Shown in pieces: positions 1-13,567 of a stretch of DNA of 64,000 nt. The notes beneath the pieces are model-generated. The model made no database searches. It was not told where the DNA came from and saw nothing but the letters and a program-made list of their open reading frames with translations. A program made the translations under genes and the position numbers. The stretch spans positions 643,247 through 707,246 of the forward strand of contig NMRA01000179.1 of NCBI GenBank assembly GCA_002633005.1. Reading direction: 5' to 3'. Positions within the stretch are counted from its first letter, which is position 1. Each line of letters begins with the position of its first letter. This stretch comes from Phoronis australis. Its lineage: Eukaryota > Animalia > Phoronida.

Positions 1-1145
1 AAGTTACACAAGCTGTCCATGTGAATATGGTTACGAAAAGACAGATAATGAAATTTAGTTTGTTTGTTTATACGCATAACACGCGTCACGGTATTTTCCG
101 CAGTATTCCCAAGGGTCTGGAAAAATAATCAAATTGTCGAGGATTTAACCACTTACTTGTAGCCTGGAAATTGAAAAATGTGCATATTATGTAGCGCGGA
201 GACCTGACTTAAGCTTGTTTGTGATCTATATTTCCACGCAGGTTTAATATTTGAATATTATGCTCCGCTTGTTTTTAAAAAAATCGATGTCGTGTTGAAA
301 AGTATCATTTGGCAATAGATGTAAATAAAACTGGTTTGTGTTAAATTTGGTTTTATACTTATTTGAATTAAAGCGAAGTCCAATTATTGAAAGATTATAT
401 GTAAATTGTCTGCGAGCAATGTGACTAGAGATAGTCTTTCTGGTCTGATTAATGGTTTATTTAAGTCAACATTTACGAATAAAATACAAATAACATGAAG
501 TACTGGGTAAACGTACACAATATGAAGGAGGAATGACTCCATGTTTGACATTCTTACATATTCTACGGAATATTAGTTGTAACTCATACCGGCTTGTGCC
601 CAACATAATAAAGTTTGGTTATTTCTACCTGGTATTTCAATTCACAGTTTTTGTTGAAGAGAAGATTATAATTTTGAAGGAAATAATGGCAAGAGCCAGA
701 GGTATATGAAAAAACGAAATGACTTTGTGGTAGAACGAGACCAAGACTATTTAACTGAACTGCACCAGCCTTTGTTCTGCTGTGTCTGTTTTACCTAGGC
801 ATTTCAAAAAAAAACAACAAATTTTAACTAAAATTTCACGGAAAACACATTTTGCCATGAGCATATGAATAAATGAAAGGTTCTAATACTTCATTAACTA
901 TACGCAAATCAACTTTTCAACTAAATTTCAAAGTGGTATATTGGATTCTTGCAACAAACGTGCGAGGCTAAAATGAGTTGTAAATAATGGGTCGGCCAAT
1001 TATCTAAAATTTGGCACGGTAAGAAACCCCATTTGATTGGGATGTTGTCACAATTCGCGAAAGAAATGGTAAAAACGCTGTACGGCCAATTTCTTGCATT
1101 AGTTCAACTAATGCGTCCTGCTGTTTTTGCTTTTGTACCAATCAG

Positions 1146-2540
1146 GGCCCGGTTTCCAATCTCCTTACTCAGACTCGAATCATGCTCAAACTCACACATC
1201 ATACTCAACTCGAGTACAGACTCAGCCTTGGTGTATTCAATGTCATACTCGAAAAATCTGTACTCGAAATTTCGAGCACGTACTCAGTTTTCGAGTGTAC
1301 TCGAACTGAAGTGTATCTCTTCTACATTTCGAGTACGATGTTGAGTAAAAATTTGGAGTCTATGCTTAAATTTCAAGTTTGGTATGGCAGTGTGCTTGAA
1401 ATCGTACTCGAAAATAAATACGAGCCAGAGAACAAAATATCGAAAGGGAACCAAGAAACACAGCAAATCTAAAAAAATAATTCCTCTTATCGTATCTCAG
1501 CACTTCATCTTAAGTTCAGAGATAATAGTTTTCATCTTAAATCTTCTTATTCTTCACCTTATTAACCCGCCGTATCACTGCATGTTATGGCCGCCATTCT
1601 ACCTCTACAATTCCTGGCAACAGGCGCATTGTAATACCTTGTCGGCGAGTCATAACAAGCGTCGAAAGCAGTTGTGGGAAAAGTCGTGTGAGAAGTTTGT
1701 GCTGCCCTTATTTAGGTATGTGTGCCTACGTTTTGTAGGGTTACCAAAAGACGAGGAGGGGAGGGAAGTTAAAAAAAGTTCGCTTCCCTGTCAGGTACAT
1801 TTCTCATCATAACTTAGTCATCTATAATTCCTCAATCCCCAAATGGAATTCCAGATTTTTTTTGCCGATTTCTAAGTAGACGTCTCGTCCCGTTCACTGC
1901 CACTGGTGAACTCTGAATGCCTGCACAAGTATTGTTTTTTAACTCTCGTGCCAAATGTCAACTCACTTTATACATCCCGGTAAAATACAAAGATACAGTA
2001 TCAAAGTTTGACATCAGCGTAGGCCTACACAGCAATGGGTTTTATGTCAAGACTAAATTAGCAACAGAGATGTGATGTGATAAGCTGTTACAAATTTCTT
2101 TTAAAAGACGTTTTCGGGACTGGGTGAGGAACTCAAGAAGTGAAGCTTAATAATTGCCAAATGTATCAAAGAAATGGCATAAGAATATTTATTGAAACTA
2201 AAAAATGAATAACAGTTACAGAACACTCAGAATTCCACGTTATAGACATACTGTTGTAGTTGTAGCGACAGCAGACGATAATGTAGGCCTAGTTCTTGGG
2301 GTGGTCTATTCCAATAGGGAGCGATGAATCAGCGCGGCTTTGCGTGATTTTGCATTTCACATCATAAAGAGTTCCATAGCAACTCGAGTATGAGTGTCAG
2401 ATTTGAGTACGTTTGGAGTCTACTCGAAATACGACATTAGATACGCTTTTTGAGTACGACTCCAGTGAGCACGATTTTGAGTATGAAATCTCGAGTATGA
2501 GTATAGTATGAGTTTCAGTACGGAGACTGGAGACCGGGCC
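1146..2540. mobile_element. Non-autonomous PIF/Harbinger-type element (~1.4 kb)
   Basis: Imperfect TIRs: left GGCCCGGTTTCCAATCTCCTTACTCAGACTC versus the reverse complement of the right end GGCCCGGTCTCCAGTCTCCGTACTGAAACTC. 3-bp CAG direct repeat at 1143-45 and 2541-43. Dense subterminal TACTCGA/TCGAGTA repeats at both ends. No transposase ORF. Confidence 0.85.
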
Positions 2541-2543
2541 CAG

Positions 2544-4105
2544 GCACGTGATCTTTGTGTGAACCTTGGTTTGGCCATGAACTTGGAAGATGCGTGGGGC
2601 GGCGAAATCTCGACGACGCCTATCGCTCATCTAGCTCACAGCACACCTGAAAAGTTCAAGTTCAGTGCCACAGACTTCAACATTTATAACCTGGTAAATG
2701 CTATTGACGTTCATAATTGATTCATACTAAGTACACGTGAAGTCGGTGCAAGTTGCTCAGGGTCTTTGTGCTTGTGAACAAGTGCCTTTAATGAGAAGGG
2801 TTGGCATTAAAGTTTTCAGGTCTCACCAGGCCTTCAAAACCCATCAATTTTGAAAAGCTGTACGTAAATTTACGATAGCAAAAGAATTTTTAAAAGAACA
2901 AAACAATAGTTTTTGGTTCCATTACAGGAAAATCATGCCACTGGTGGACCAGAAAGAGTAAATAGTACAATGCAAGCATCCAACGCACCAGGTCTCGGCA
3001 TCACACCGATTCCAAAAACCTTGGTGATCCAGTCTTCACTGTCCGACTGCTGATGTGAGTCATTTTACATTTGAAAGGCTTGGTTAGGTCACGACACTGC
3101 TTTGTCCGGACACGAGACTCACGTGATATGCGCCGAATGAAAAGACTGACAGAAACTATTCTCGCTGACACAAGTCCAGTGCAGCAGCAAAAATAATGGT
3201 CGGTGGTATTCCAAACAAAATTTCCCCCTTATTCAGTTAACACCAATAAAGTAATCTGTTTCATGAATTTCGTTTATGTTCGGCAGACCAACTTGATCAC
3301 AGGGAAAGAAGCCGTAAGACACAGATTTGTCTGCTAGCATTGATTTCCAGGGGCGGATCCAGGATTTTGAGTAAGGGGAGGCAGGGCAAGGGAATAACCA
3401 GAATTTTGGCGGATGCGCGCGCCAAGGCTAAATTGTGGGGAGCCAGAGGCCTCGAATGCAGACCTGTTGACTAAAAAAATGGTAAACGGGGTTTGTTCAG
3501 GTTGTTCAGGGCCTATGAGTTGTTTATTCACCCCCGACGAGCCCCTGCTTGCGCGCACCTGAACTCCCAAATGGTATCTAGTACAATTTTTAGGGGGCAT
3601 GGCCCCCTTCCCCCCCTAAATCCGCCACTGATTTCTGTTTCTAATGGAAAGGCAGCTTCCACCTGGAAACAAGTCTGTAAAGGTGCAAAGGGATCCTGAT
3701 ATCTGGTGATCAATAAAAGATAATTTTACATGATTAATTTCACACATATTTCAAAAACAATGAATTAAACTCACTTTCAGCACAAAAAGCATGTACTGTA
3801 TTACCACAAAATTTATACAATATCAAACGTACATGGTACATGTGAAACCGACTAAAAGGTATTAAGAAGTATTAGGTTTTCAATCAATTTTAGTTTGCCA
3901 TGCGGAAACAAGTTTGTTTAATCAACAAATGCATCAGCAGCAGGTGCAGAACTGCAGACCTAAGGCCATAATTAGGGAGATCTCTGACAATGTATACACA
4001 CACGATGCGTCTTGGAAATCAGCACCACTGCACGACAGTCGCCAATTAGGAAGTGGTATGGTTGGTCCAGACAGCCAACAGACATTTGAATACAGGCCTT
4101 GGTGA
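2544..4105 (+). pseudogene. Decayed SRCR-like exon fragments (plus strand)
   Basis: AG/GT-bounded 2544-2693 reads ARDLCVNLG (compare SRCR A.vvCrqLG). 2928-3055 reads SCHWW..*YNASIQ..VFTVRL after a frameshift. About 3990-4055 reads HDASWKSA...RQLG. Stops and frameshifts are present and the motif match is weak. Confidence 0.3.
3348..3630. mobile_element. MITE with CAG(G/T)GGCGGAT termini and 5-bp TSD (hAT5-like)
   Basis: Ends CAGGGGCGGATCC and AATCCGCCACTG. ATTTC is duplicated at 3343-47 and 3631-35. G/C-rich subtermini. Confidence 0.8.
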
Positions 4106-6127
4106 TAAGACAAGAAATAAATATTGTCTGAATAAAGACAACCAATTATCGCTAAATTCTCTCATAACAGTACCCTTTCATCCGGCTTTGTTACACACGC
4201 TGCCTCTAAGTGTTTACCCAGTCTGACGAAAGGAGTTACTGTACCTGCCAAGCTATACGAGATAGGCACCAAAACTTGCTAAAGAATTGAGTGCTAAAAA
4301 TTTAATCATGGCTCTGAAGAGCCATGTCAAAGTCCATTTTTCGACACAACAGTAAATATTGTGACGGCCCAACTTTTCCCCGGACAAATAAATCGCTTTC
4401 AGAAATTATACCGATGTGGAAAAACTACTGAAGTGTAGAAACGCGTGTGCATACATGTACAGTACAATGTATGTTTACGTGGACCGGTGTTTCATTAAAG
4501 CTTTTCTCTGTTCTACATATAACTTAGACCAAAATCGGGCTCACTTAAGGCCAATATGTCTTAGCCCTGGTTCATGAAATTCCTTCAGATCAAAATTAAG
4601 ACCGTAATCGGTCTAAGCTACTGAAAGTAAGCCTGCCACGGAGTAGACTTAAGACTGAACTTTTGGTCGATCTAAATGAGTAAACGTTCAAACTATACTG
4701 TGAACCGTTGAGGAACAAATTTCAAACCCATCGTTACTAAAAATGGCAATGAAGATCGTCTGCTTTAGATTGAAGAACTCGTCAAAGCGACGTAGCCTCG
4801 TAATGAACATTCAATTCGATGTACCTGCGCACGTAAAATAAATTTTTTCAGCCATACCAGGGACTTCTCACACAAACGAAATCCCAAATTTATCCAAGAT
4901 ATTGGAAGTACATGTAAATCTCAATTTATATTTTCAATGCCATAATTTATTTCAAAACCGTATTTCACAAGTCACACGCTTCATTACGTGAACTCGCAAT
5001 AGTTGGCAAAAGCGTAGTTTGCATGCTCACCTATGTCAAAATCCGATTTAATTTTTATGTTAGTTAAGACAGAAGAACAAAAATGGACTTAATGTTTATG
5101 AAACGGACTTTTCTGATGTTTCCTCTCCGTTCTTAACGTAGCCAGATTTTTGTTTCTAACTTAGGCAACTTTTTGGTCTTAAATCTTTTCATGAACCGGT
5201 TCCGAAGTTTCATTTCCCAGGAGGATAGACACACTAGGTGGCGCTTCAGGTGGTATGCAAGCGTAATGTTGCTTGTGGTGACACCACTGTTGACTAGTAG
5301 GCGATATTCATGCCTGCAATGGATGGCAGACAGCCGTACGTAGTCGTTCTCATGTTCAAATTTTAAATAAATATTATGCTTCACCTAAGACTGACAAGCT
5401 ACAAGTTCACCCAACAGCTTACAACTGGTTGCGAATCTGAATAACAATAATGTTTAGAGCTAATAATCATTCGAATTCTAATTTGACTAAAAGCAACTCA
5501 ACTCAATGCTCAAATCACAGCAATCACTACACTAAAATTGTTGTTCAATCACGGTAAGTCAAAAATAGAACTCCCCTCCTCCTGGGGTACTATTCCAAGA
5601 TGCAACGTTAGGCACGGTGTATCCAAAGATGATTTGCTTGTCGTTTCGTGACCACAACTGTCAGATAAAGTCAACGAAAAACATTTTATCGTTTGTAGAA
5701 ACATTGCAAAATTCCACTGTTTCAGTATTATTACACAGCCATTGCTTTTTCTGTCTACTGATTAGCTGAAACGCAACACGATTTGTTCCGTTAAGAAGTA
5801 AAGCCGCCCAGACCTGTATTCACGATCTGACCAATCTAACGCTGCAGAAAAGATACCAACCTGAGGAAGAAGCAAGCAGAAGTTGTCGGCAAGTCAACAC
5901 AAACAAGAACAAGCCACGCTATAGGAAGAAAGAAACATCAGTGACCGTGAAATAAAACAAGATAACACCGATCAATCGGGCGTATCATACGGACCACGGT
6001 AAGCAATATCAGCTCTGGTCTCAGGAAACATCGCTCTCCCACATGACTTGATATCAACCTCGGGATCGTTTTTTTTGTTCTCAAGTATACTATTCGTGCA
6101 GCAGGACAATGAACGACCAACGCTTAC

Positions 6128-6250
6128 AAGAACAGTCGACAGTTGGTGCCATCCATGTTCCATTGTAAGGGCAGAATGTCACTGGCGAACCCCGGAGTTC
6201 ACCAAATGAATCAGAGCACGAGAAGTTGGCTTTCGAATTGTAAGTCGTGC
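6128..6250 (-). pseudogene. 3' part of a CCP/sushi exon split by a transposon
   Basis: Reads STTYNSKANFSCSDSFGELRGSPVTFCPYNGTWMAPTVDCS followed by a phase-1 GTAAGC donor. Joins in frame through TTAA to 14609-14659. Confidence 0.85.
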
Positions 6251-6254
6251 TTAA

Positions 6255-9121
6255 AGTCACTATTTCCACTTCATTTTTGTTAAAAACTTCATGAAACGGA
6301 TCTTTACGCAAACACATTTATTCGAAAACTAAGCCCAAATAATAGCCTTCGCCATGGCATCGAATTTTTTTATGGTGAACTGAATTTAATACAGATTTTT
6401 TTAGCTTAATTTTTCATTTTGTGTGGTGCACCAAGAAATAAATGGATGCCGGACGAAGAGTCAATCGAAGATTCGAGAGTCGAATATGAACTTGGAGTTT
6501 CGGTTAATCTCAAGATCGTATACAGGCCTACGTGAACTCGGAATACCCACTCAAATAATCACTTTAAAGCTACTATAATTAGTTAACGGGTGAAATAAGT
6601 GCTTATGGAACCAATAATTACAGAAATTTGCTACATTGAATAAAATATTCACCAGATTTCTTTAATAAGTATTTAATTAAGAGCTCACCCTTACGCGATC
6701 TTCAGATTAAGCAAAATTCAAGTTCACGCATACCAAACAAGTAATGAAAAGCGTTCGGTATAAGATAGGTTGTCCTCCGTTCAAAAGGCTTGCTAATCGT
6801 CCTCAAGTTGACTATTACCGCCGTAAAGTTTGAAATGAAGATCAGTTTGGGTGCTGGACTTGTCTGCGATCCAAGATGGCTGCTACACGGTCTCAGTAAG
6901 GGAAGATTTTGCTCGACAGGCAAGTTGTCAACGAATGTCCGAGGCGCACTTGTTACAGCAATGCTAACCATAAAGTTTTCAGAATGTTATGGTAGTTTTA
7001 TTTTACTGCCTAACAGTACGTAATAGAACACACCGACATTACAATATTCCTGTAGTAAAATCCTTGGTGTCTTTGACTGAGTATGTGTTATTTTTTCTGT
7101 TTTAGTTGTTTAGCCCTCGGGCTCGGTTTCGTCCACTTGGGTCGTGGATTAATTTGAGCAAACAAAGAAGCCACATTTACAAGTTTTTCTCATATAAAAG
7201 CTAGGACCATATTACTCCCAGGTAAAAGTAAGGCAAGGGCTGTTGAAACCAATTAAAGGCACTATTTCCGCTTCATTTTTGTTAAAAACCTCATGAAACG
7301 GGTCTTTACGCAAACACTTTTATTCTAAACCTAAGCCCAAATAACAGCCTTCGCCATGGCATCGAATTTTTTTATAGTGAACTGAATTTAATACAGATGT
7401 TTTAGCTTAATTTTTCATTTTGTGTGGTGCACCAAGTAACAAATGGATGCCGGACGACGAGTCAATCGAAGATTCGAGTGTCGAATATGACCTTGGAGTT
7501 TCGGTTAATCTCAAGATCGTATACAGGCCTACGTGAACTCGGAATACCCACTCAAATAATCACGTTCAAGCTACTATAATTAGTTAACGGGTGAAATAAT
7601 GAGATTCATGGCACTCTGACATAAATCCTATTATTTGGGCAAATACCATTATAGAGCCCTTCATGCTTCATATGCAACTGCTGGTTAGTTCCTACCAAGT
7701 CCGATGGTTGCGCTGTTTGTTCTTTCTCTCCAGCTTCCTGTTGGCCCAGCCTCAAGCAACAGTACATTCACTCGTAAGTTTTCCTAATTAGACAAGTTTT
7801 TACTTCTCCCTCCCTCCCTACCCGGGGTACCACAAAATTTCACGTCAACCGTTTTCTACCTTTATCACGCTCCATCCCTTTTGCCGAACAAAATCTGCTG
7901 TTGGTTGTTGTTGTTTTTACAGCCACTGCTGGTACCTTCTACAAGCCCGGAGCGTGTTACCGTCAGGCAAGAACCGACGTCATTGGCTAGCGACCAGACC
8001 TGTACTTGAGCGTCCATTACTGCAGCTTGCTTCTCTCCACCCCGGTCACAGCTCTCGGCACATACTGAGCCACAACACAACGGTCCTTACAATATCGCTT
8101 TTTATCACTCCGGCTGGTCTGCTCACTCAGCTTGTCCGGAACCTGCTTTGCAGGTTGTTATAGCCCAGTTGGCTGTTTGGTGTACCCACTTGGTACTTTA
8201 TATGATATTTGCCCATTTGGCAGTTTGTACCCACTTGGTACTTGTTATTGAATTTGCCGCTTTGCTCGACCCAGTTGGTAGGCAATCGGCCAATACCCAT
8301 TTTGTATTATGTACCCATTTGGTACTATGCTAACCTGTGCCACTTAGTATCCGATACTCAGTTACACTTTGGGTATCGGAAATGTGTGTGTTATCTCTTG
8401 CAATTAAGGAACCCATCTGGTTCCTTCTGTGAAATATTTATTTGTAGAGCTGTGACCCTGAAATTCCCAATACAACTTAAAATATTCATTATTCTTGTTG
8501 TTTTATTTGTCCCCAATGAGTGCTTTTGGAACCAATAATTAAAGAAATTTGCTACATTGAACAAAATATATACCAGATTTCTTTAATGTGTATTTAATTA
8601 AGAGCTCACGCTTACGCGATCTTCAGATTAAGCAAAATTCAAGTTCACGCATACCAAACAAGTGATGGCAAGCGTTCGGTATAAGATAGGTTGTCCTCTG
8701 TTGAAAAGGCTTGCTAATCGTCCTCAAGTTGACTATTACCGCCGTAAAGTTTGAAATGAAGATCAGTTTGAGTGCTGGACTTATCTGCGATCCAAGATGG
8801 CTGTTACACGGTCTCAGTAAGGGAAGATTTTGCTCGACAGGTTAGTCGTCAACGAATGTCCGAGGCGCACTTGTTACAGCAATGCTAACCATAAAGTTTT
8901 CAGAATGTGGTAGATTTATTTTACTGCCTAACAGTACATAATAGAGCACACCGACATTACAATATTCCTGTAGTAAAATCCTTGGTGTCTTTGACTGAGT
9001 ATTTTATGCATTATTTTACTGCTTTAGTTGTTTAGCCCTCGGGCTCGGTTTCGTCCACTTGTGTCGTGGATGAATTTGAGCAAACAAAGAAGCCACATTT
9101 ACAAGTGTTTCTCATGTAAAA
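6255..9121 (+). repeat. Direct duplication of the ~945-bp left end of the Kolobok element (6255-7199 and 7257-9121)
   Basis: The two copies align nearly base for base. The second also starts TTAA-AGGCACTATTTCC and carries a 916-bp insertion absent from the first. Confidence 0.9.
7600..8515. mobile_element. Probable solo LTR (916 bp)
   Basis: Present only in the second duplicate copy. Begins TG and ends CA, flanked by ATAA/ATGA (4-bp TSD with one mismatch). The empty site GTGAAATAAGTGCT is seen at about 6590-6603. Internal short tandem repeats TGTACCCA(C/T)TTGGTACT at about 8180-8330. Confidence 0.6.
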
Positions 9122-9505
9122 ATAAGGGGACTCAATGTAATGTTGTGTCATAGTGTGATCTAAGGCATAACAGCAATCCTTGAGTAATAATCATCTAATA
9201 ATCCTCTCTTTTGCGAAATCATGTCATCTTGCAGTGTGTATAGAGACCGACAGTCTATACAGTCTGTTAGTGCTAGTCTTGATACTCTAGCAGCCCTACA
9301 CACTTAACTAGTCTTGTGGTCGTTTATGTTGACTGACAGTCTATGCATGTAACCAGTTAGTCCTACTTTTGATACTCTCTGCAAGGCTAACTGTGTAGTC
9401 TTGTGGTTGTATACAGGACATGCTGATAGTCAATACACCCTGCCAGTGGTGGTCTGGATATTCCCAAATTGGTGGTTTCTATTAATGTTATTTGTTGTTC
9501 TTCAG

Positions 9506-10000
9506 GGCGTTGCACCAGTCATGACAGACAAGCATGAGTGGACTGTTCCACTGACAACTGCCAGTACTTTCAACTTGCATAGCAGGGAGTTACTAGAAGG
9601 TGCTGATGAAGACAAATGAATTGAGAAGGGGTCATCTGACCATGATGCATTCAAAAGAACCCAACATTGTTGAAGAATGTTTCGCCATCAACAGCAGGTA
9701 CCTATTCTAGCTTTGGATAATGGTCATTATAGCATTCTGTAATGTTAACGGCAACAGAAAGTGTATTGTTTTTACCAAGGTATCAGCAGCCAATTGCCAT
9801 CTCACGTTAACATGAATTTGATTTTATGTTGTAGAACAAGAGATGTATTGGGAATTTTCAATCTGCTGATTCGTATGTACTCTGGCAAGCGTTTTGCTAC
9901 TCTCAAGGCCTTGTGTACCGGCTTACCAGAATTCTGCTATCTATCAAGGATCACAGCAGGCCAGTCCTGGAAGATGAAGCTGGCAATGCAAGGTAATTAA
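9506..10000 (+). pseudogene. Decayed Kolobok transposase C-terminal fragments
   Basis: KHEW...LHSRELL..DK*IEKGSSDHDAF and RTRDVLGIFNLLIRMYSGKRFA resemble the Kolobok H.W..H..L..W...GS..H and T..LE.FN...MY..KR motifs. Stops and frameshifts present, with an apparent short intron. Confidence 0.5.
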
Positions 10001-12714
10001 TATAGCTGCGCCAACCATGCATTTTGGCTACTGGTGTGGCCACGACTCAGTATTCAACAGGGGTTTAAAACTAAATTGTAAGTGGTTATTAGCGGGGTGG
10101 TGCTAAAATGAGTGATAATTTAGGACTCTGCTAGAAACAAAGGGGCAAACACAAAATTGAGATGAGAAGACGTGGGAAGGCCTTTTCTGCAATGAACAAG
10201 CCATGCCACCTCCTGTTATGTCCCCAAGGCTACAACAGTGCAGCTTATGACAAAAACACCACCTGCAATGCTTACAAGAAAGTCAAATTTGATTGTTCCT
10301 TGAATGGGAGACGATTTAAATAACCAAAAATTCTGACATATGAATTAAAAATGTCCGAGTGTGCTCCACATAACCTGTGTGGGTGTGCATTGTTTGTTTT
10401 ATTTTCATCCATTCAATGTTTCCTTGTCCATACCTATGTCGCATGATATCTCAAGAACAGTGCTGTAGTGGGGCGTAGGCGCACGTAGGCGCAGCCAACC
10501 ATATTTTGGCGTTTGAAGGTATCGCTTCCGCGCCGTACAGTGCTGAAGGTGATACGGTGGGCTTTTGGCACCTACTTACCACAAATATTACCAATCCATT
10601 ACTGCTCAAGAAGGAAGTTTTGTTTGTGTTTTGTGCTGAAGTTTAGATGACAGCCTTGACTATGAATTCACGGTCACATTTAGAAAATCAAGATTTTACT
10701 TGGAAAACATTTGCCCATGCAATTGTGTGTATTTACACAAAGGTGTAGGTGGCCTATCTCCAGGTGTTAGTCACATTTTGAAGGTCACAATGTGCAATTA
10801 CATAGCCCTGAATGCCGCATCTAACCCAGCAACCAACCAAGGGGTTACGTGTTGCCTAAGGTCACTGTAGCATTTTCCTTTCATTGACCTAATAGACATG
10901 AAAATACATCAGTTATTTTTGTGTTCACAAAGGTGGAGAGAGGCTTTCATTAACATTGGTTTCAAAATCATTACCATTTAAAATTATAAAAGCCTTGAAA
11001 ACTATCACATCCTGATAGGCATAGCAGTGACACAGATTTGAACATTGGGTTGCCTTCGGTCATGGGCGGCAGCCCCAGGTGCAGGCCTTCATCTAGGTGG
11101 CATCTAGGGTGTCCAACTACACAACCCGACATAAATTTAGACAGATTAGGTAGGTTGCCCTATTTAGCTTTTGGACGCCCAAGTAAAGTGTACCATTTTT
11201 TAGCTAACAGCAGCCCTGGAAGCTAACTGTCCTGTCCGAATAAGGAAGTTAAGATGGGATAGACTTTATTACAGACCACAGTAACAGTCCACACCATAAC
11301 AGCGATTTGACTTAAGGTCATAGAAATAGTCAAGAGTCATTGGTGATGGATGCCCGTTAATTAGAAAACTTATTTTGAACGCCCTATTCTTTAAATCGTG
11401 TATGAACCACCTGCTAAATGCTAATATGTGGTGGGGAACAATTCAGCCACCCTGTGACAAATGCTGTTATTTGTATTGTTTTCTCTTAAAATGTGTGAAA
11501 CTCTAATCACTTAATTAACTATATGTAGTATATTTTTATATTTTGAATAATGAAAACATGTTATCCAGTGTTTGAAACGACTTCGAAAAAGTTTCTAAAA
11601 CACTGAAAGAGGTGCATAATGTACTAATTGTTTGTAGTTTCATATGTTTCATACTCTTCATGTTTCAGGGTAAATCAATGCTTCTGCATTCATTTTCGTG
11701 TCTGGCAATGACATTGAAACAATTGTAATTCTTTCTAGGGGAGCAACTTATCTTCAACAAGAAAAGCAGGAGATGGTTCTCCATTCCGGTGAAGGCTTCT
11801 ACGAGCTATAACGAGCTGATGATTGTGAAAACCCGGTTAAAAGACATGCACTGCTTCCGTGAAAATAAAAGCAAAATGACTCCCGCTTGTTGTCTGACAT
11901 TGCTGTCTTCGAATGATTGCCATCAGTAGAAGTCAATGCGTCAAAGAAGCTGCCTGACAGAGGTTATTTACGATGGTATGGCAACTGGGTGTTATTCAGT
12001 CATGTGCCCTAGTTTTCATCTGGTACTACAGTTTGGTTTATAGTCATGATACATCCAGCTATGCAGAAGTTAACATGTTCAGTCAGGCCGTCGACCTTCA
12101 AACTCTGCCATGGGCAGTTTGTGTAGTGTGAATTTGGAAACTGTCAAGGCTTGTAATTTTCCTCTTTTCCAATTTCCTCTTTATGTCTCTTTTTTGATCA
12201 TTATCTTGATTTCTATACCAAAAATCTCTATCACAGACCCTAGTATTAATTTGTGGAACGATACATCACGTCATTGATCATTCCAAGCCCTGAACCTTAA
12301 CTTTGTGCGAACAATTTCTTTATGGACCGTTTGGTTTACAGAAACACTTTCTACATGGTGAGTAAGATACAACTGGTAATACCAGTTTAACTTGTATTAC
12401 CATTGGATAGTTTTCTTGATTCTTAACTATTTTCTCAGCCAAATGTGTAGTCAGTGGTTTGTCTTCAGGTGGGTCATAGAGAGGCGGATATTTGTATACA
12501 AGGGTCACCATCAAGCCTCTGTGTTACGTAAAATTATGTTTTTAGTGAAGTTTTACTGCTTAGGCAATTCACATTCATATTAAAACCTGCATTTAGAAAT
12601 CTTGAATTTGAGAGTGATGGTGTTGAACATTACAATATATATTTTGAATGGCTATGCTGTTGGGTTAGAGGTTGTGCTTGTAAGTAAGGTGTGTTACATG
12701 AGTAGCAGATTACT

Positions 12715-13567
12715 NNNNNNNNNNNNNNNNNNNNNNNNNNNNNNNNNNNNNNNNNNNNNNNNNNNNNNNNNNNNNNNNNNNNNNNNNNNNNNNNNNNNNN
12801 NNNNNNNNNNNNNNNNNNNNNNNNNNNNNNNNNNNNNNNNNNNNNNNNNNNNNNNNNNNNNNNNNNNNNNNNNNNNNNNNNNNNNNNNNNNNNNNNNNNN
12901 NNNNNNNNNNNNNNNNNNNNNNNNNNNNNNNNNNNNNNNNNNNNNNNNNNNNNNNNNNNNNNNNNNNNNNNNNNNNNNNNNNNNNNNNNNNNNNNNNNNN
13001 NNNNNNNNNNNNNNNNNNNNNNNNNNNNNNNNNNNNNNNNNNNNNNNNNNNNNNNNNNNNNNNNNNNNNNNNNNNNNNNNNNNNNNNNNNNNNNNNNNNN
13101 NNNNNNNNNNNNNNNNNNNNNNNNNNNNNNNNNNNNNNNNNNNNNNNNNNNNNNNNNNNNNNNNNNNNNNNNNNNNNNNNNNNNNNNNNNNNNNNNNNNN
13201 NNNNNNNNNNNNNNNNNNNNNNNNNNNNNNNNNNNNNNNNNNNNNNNNNNNNNNNNNNNNNNNNNNNNNNNNNNNNNNNNNNNNNNNNNNNNNNNNNNNN
13301 NNNNNNNNNNNNNNNNNNNNNNNNNNNNNNNNNNNNNNNNNNNNNNNNNNNNNNNNNNNNNNNNNNNNNNNNNNNNNNNNNNNNNNNNNNNNNNNNNNNN
13401 NNNNNNNNNNNNNNNNNNNNNNNNNNNNNNNNNNNNNNNNNNNNNNNNNNNNNNNNNNNNNNNNNNNNNNNNNNNNNNNNNNNNNNNNNNNNNNNNNNNN
13501 NNNNNNNNNNNNNNNNNNNNNNNNNNNNNNNNNNNNNNNNNNNNNNNNNNNNNNNNNNNNNNNNNNN
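12715..13567. other. Assembly gap (N run)
   Basis: Run of N ending in a poly-C tract. Confidence 1.

Noticed and set aside
6255-9121. Long terminal direct repeats of a KolobokP-type element
   Set aside because: The repeats are adjacent at one end and each lacks a closing inverted terminus, so they do not bracket the element.
11680-12160. Academ/XPG-like HSF.GND remnant inside the Kolobok element
   Set aside because: Requires several frameshifts and no other motifs align confidently.
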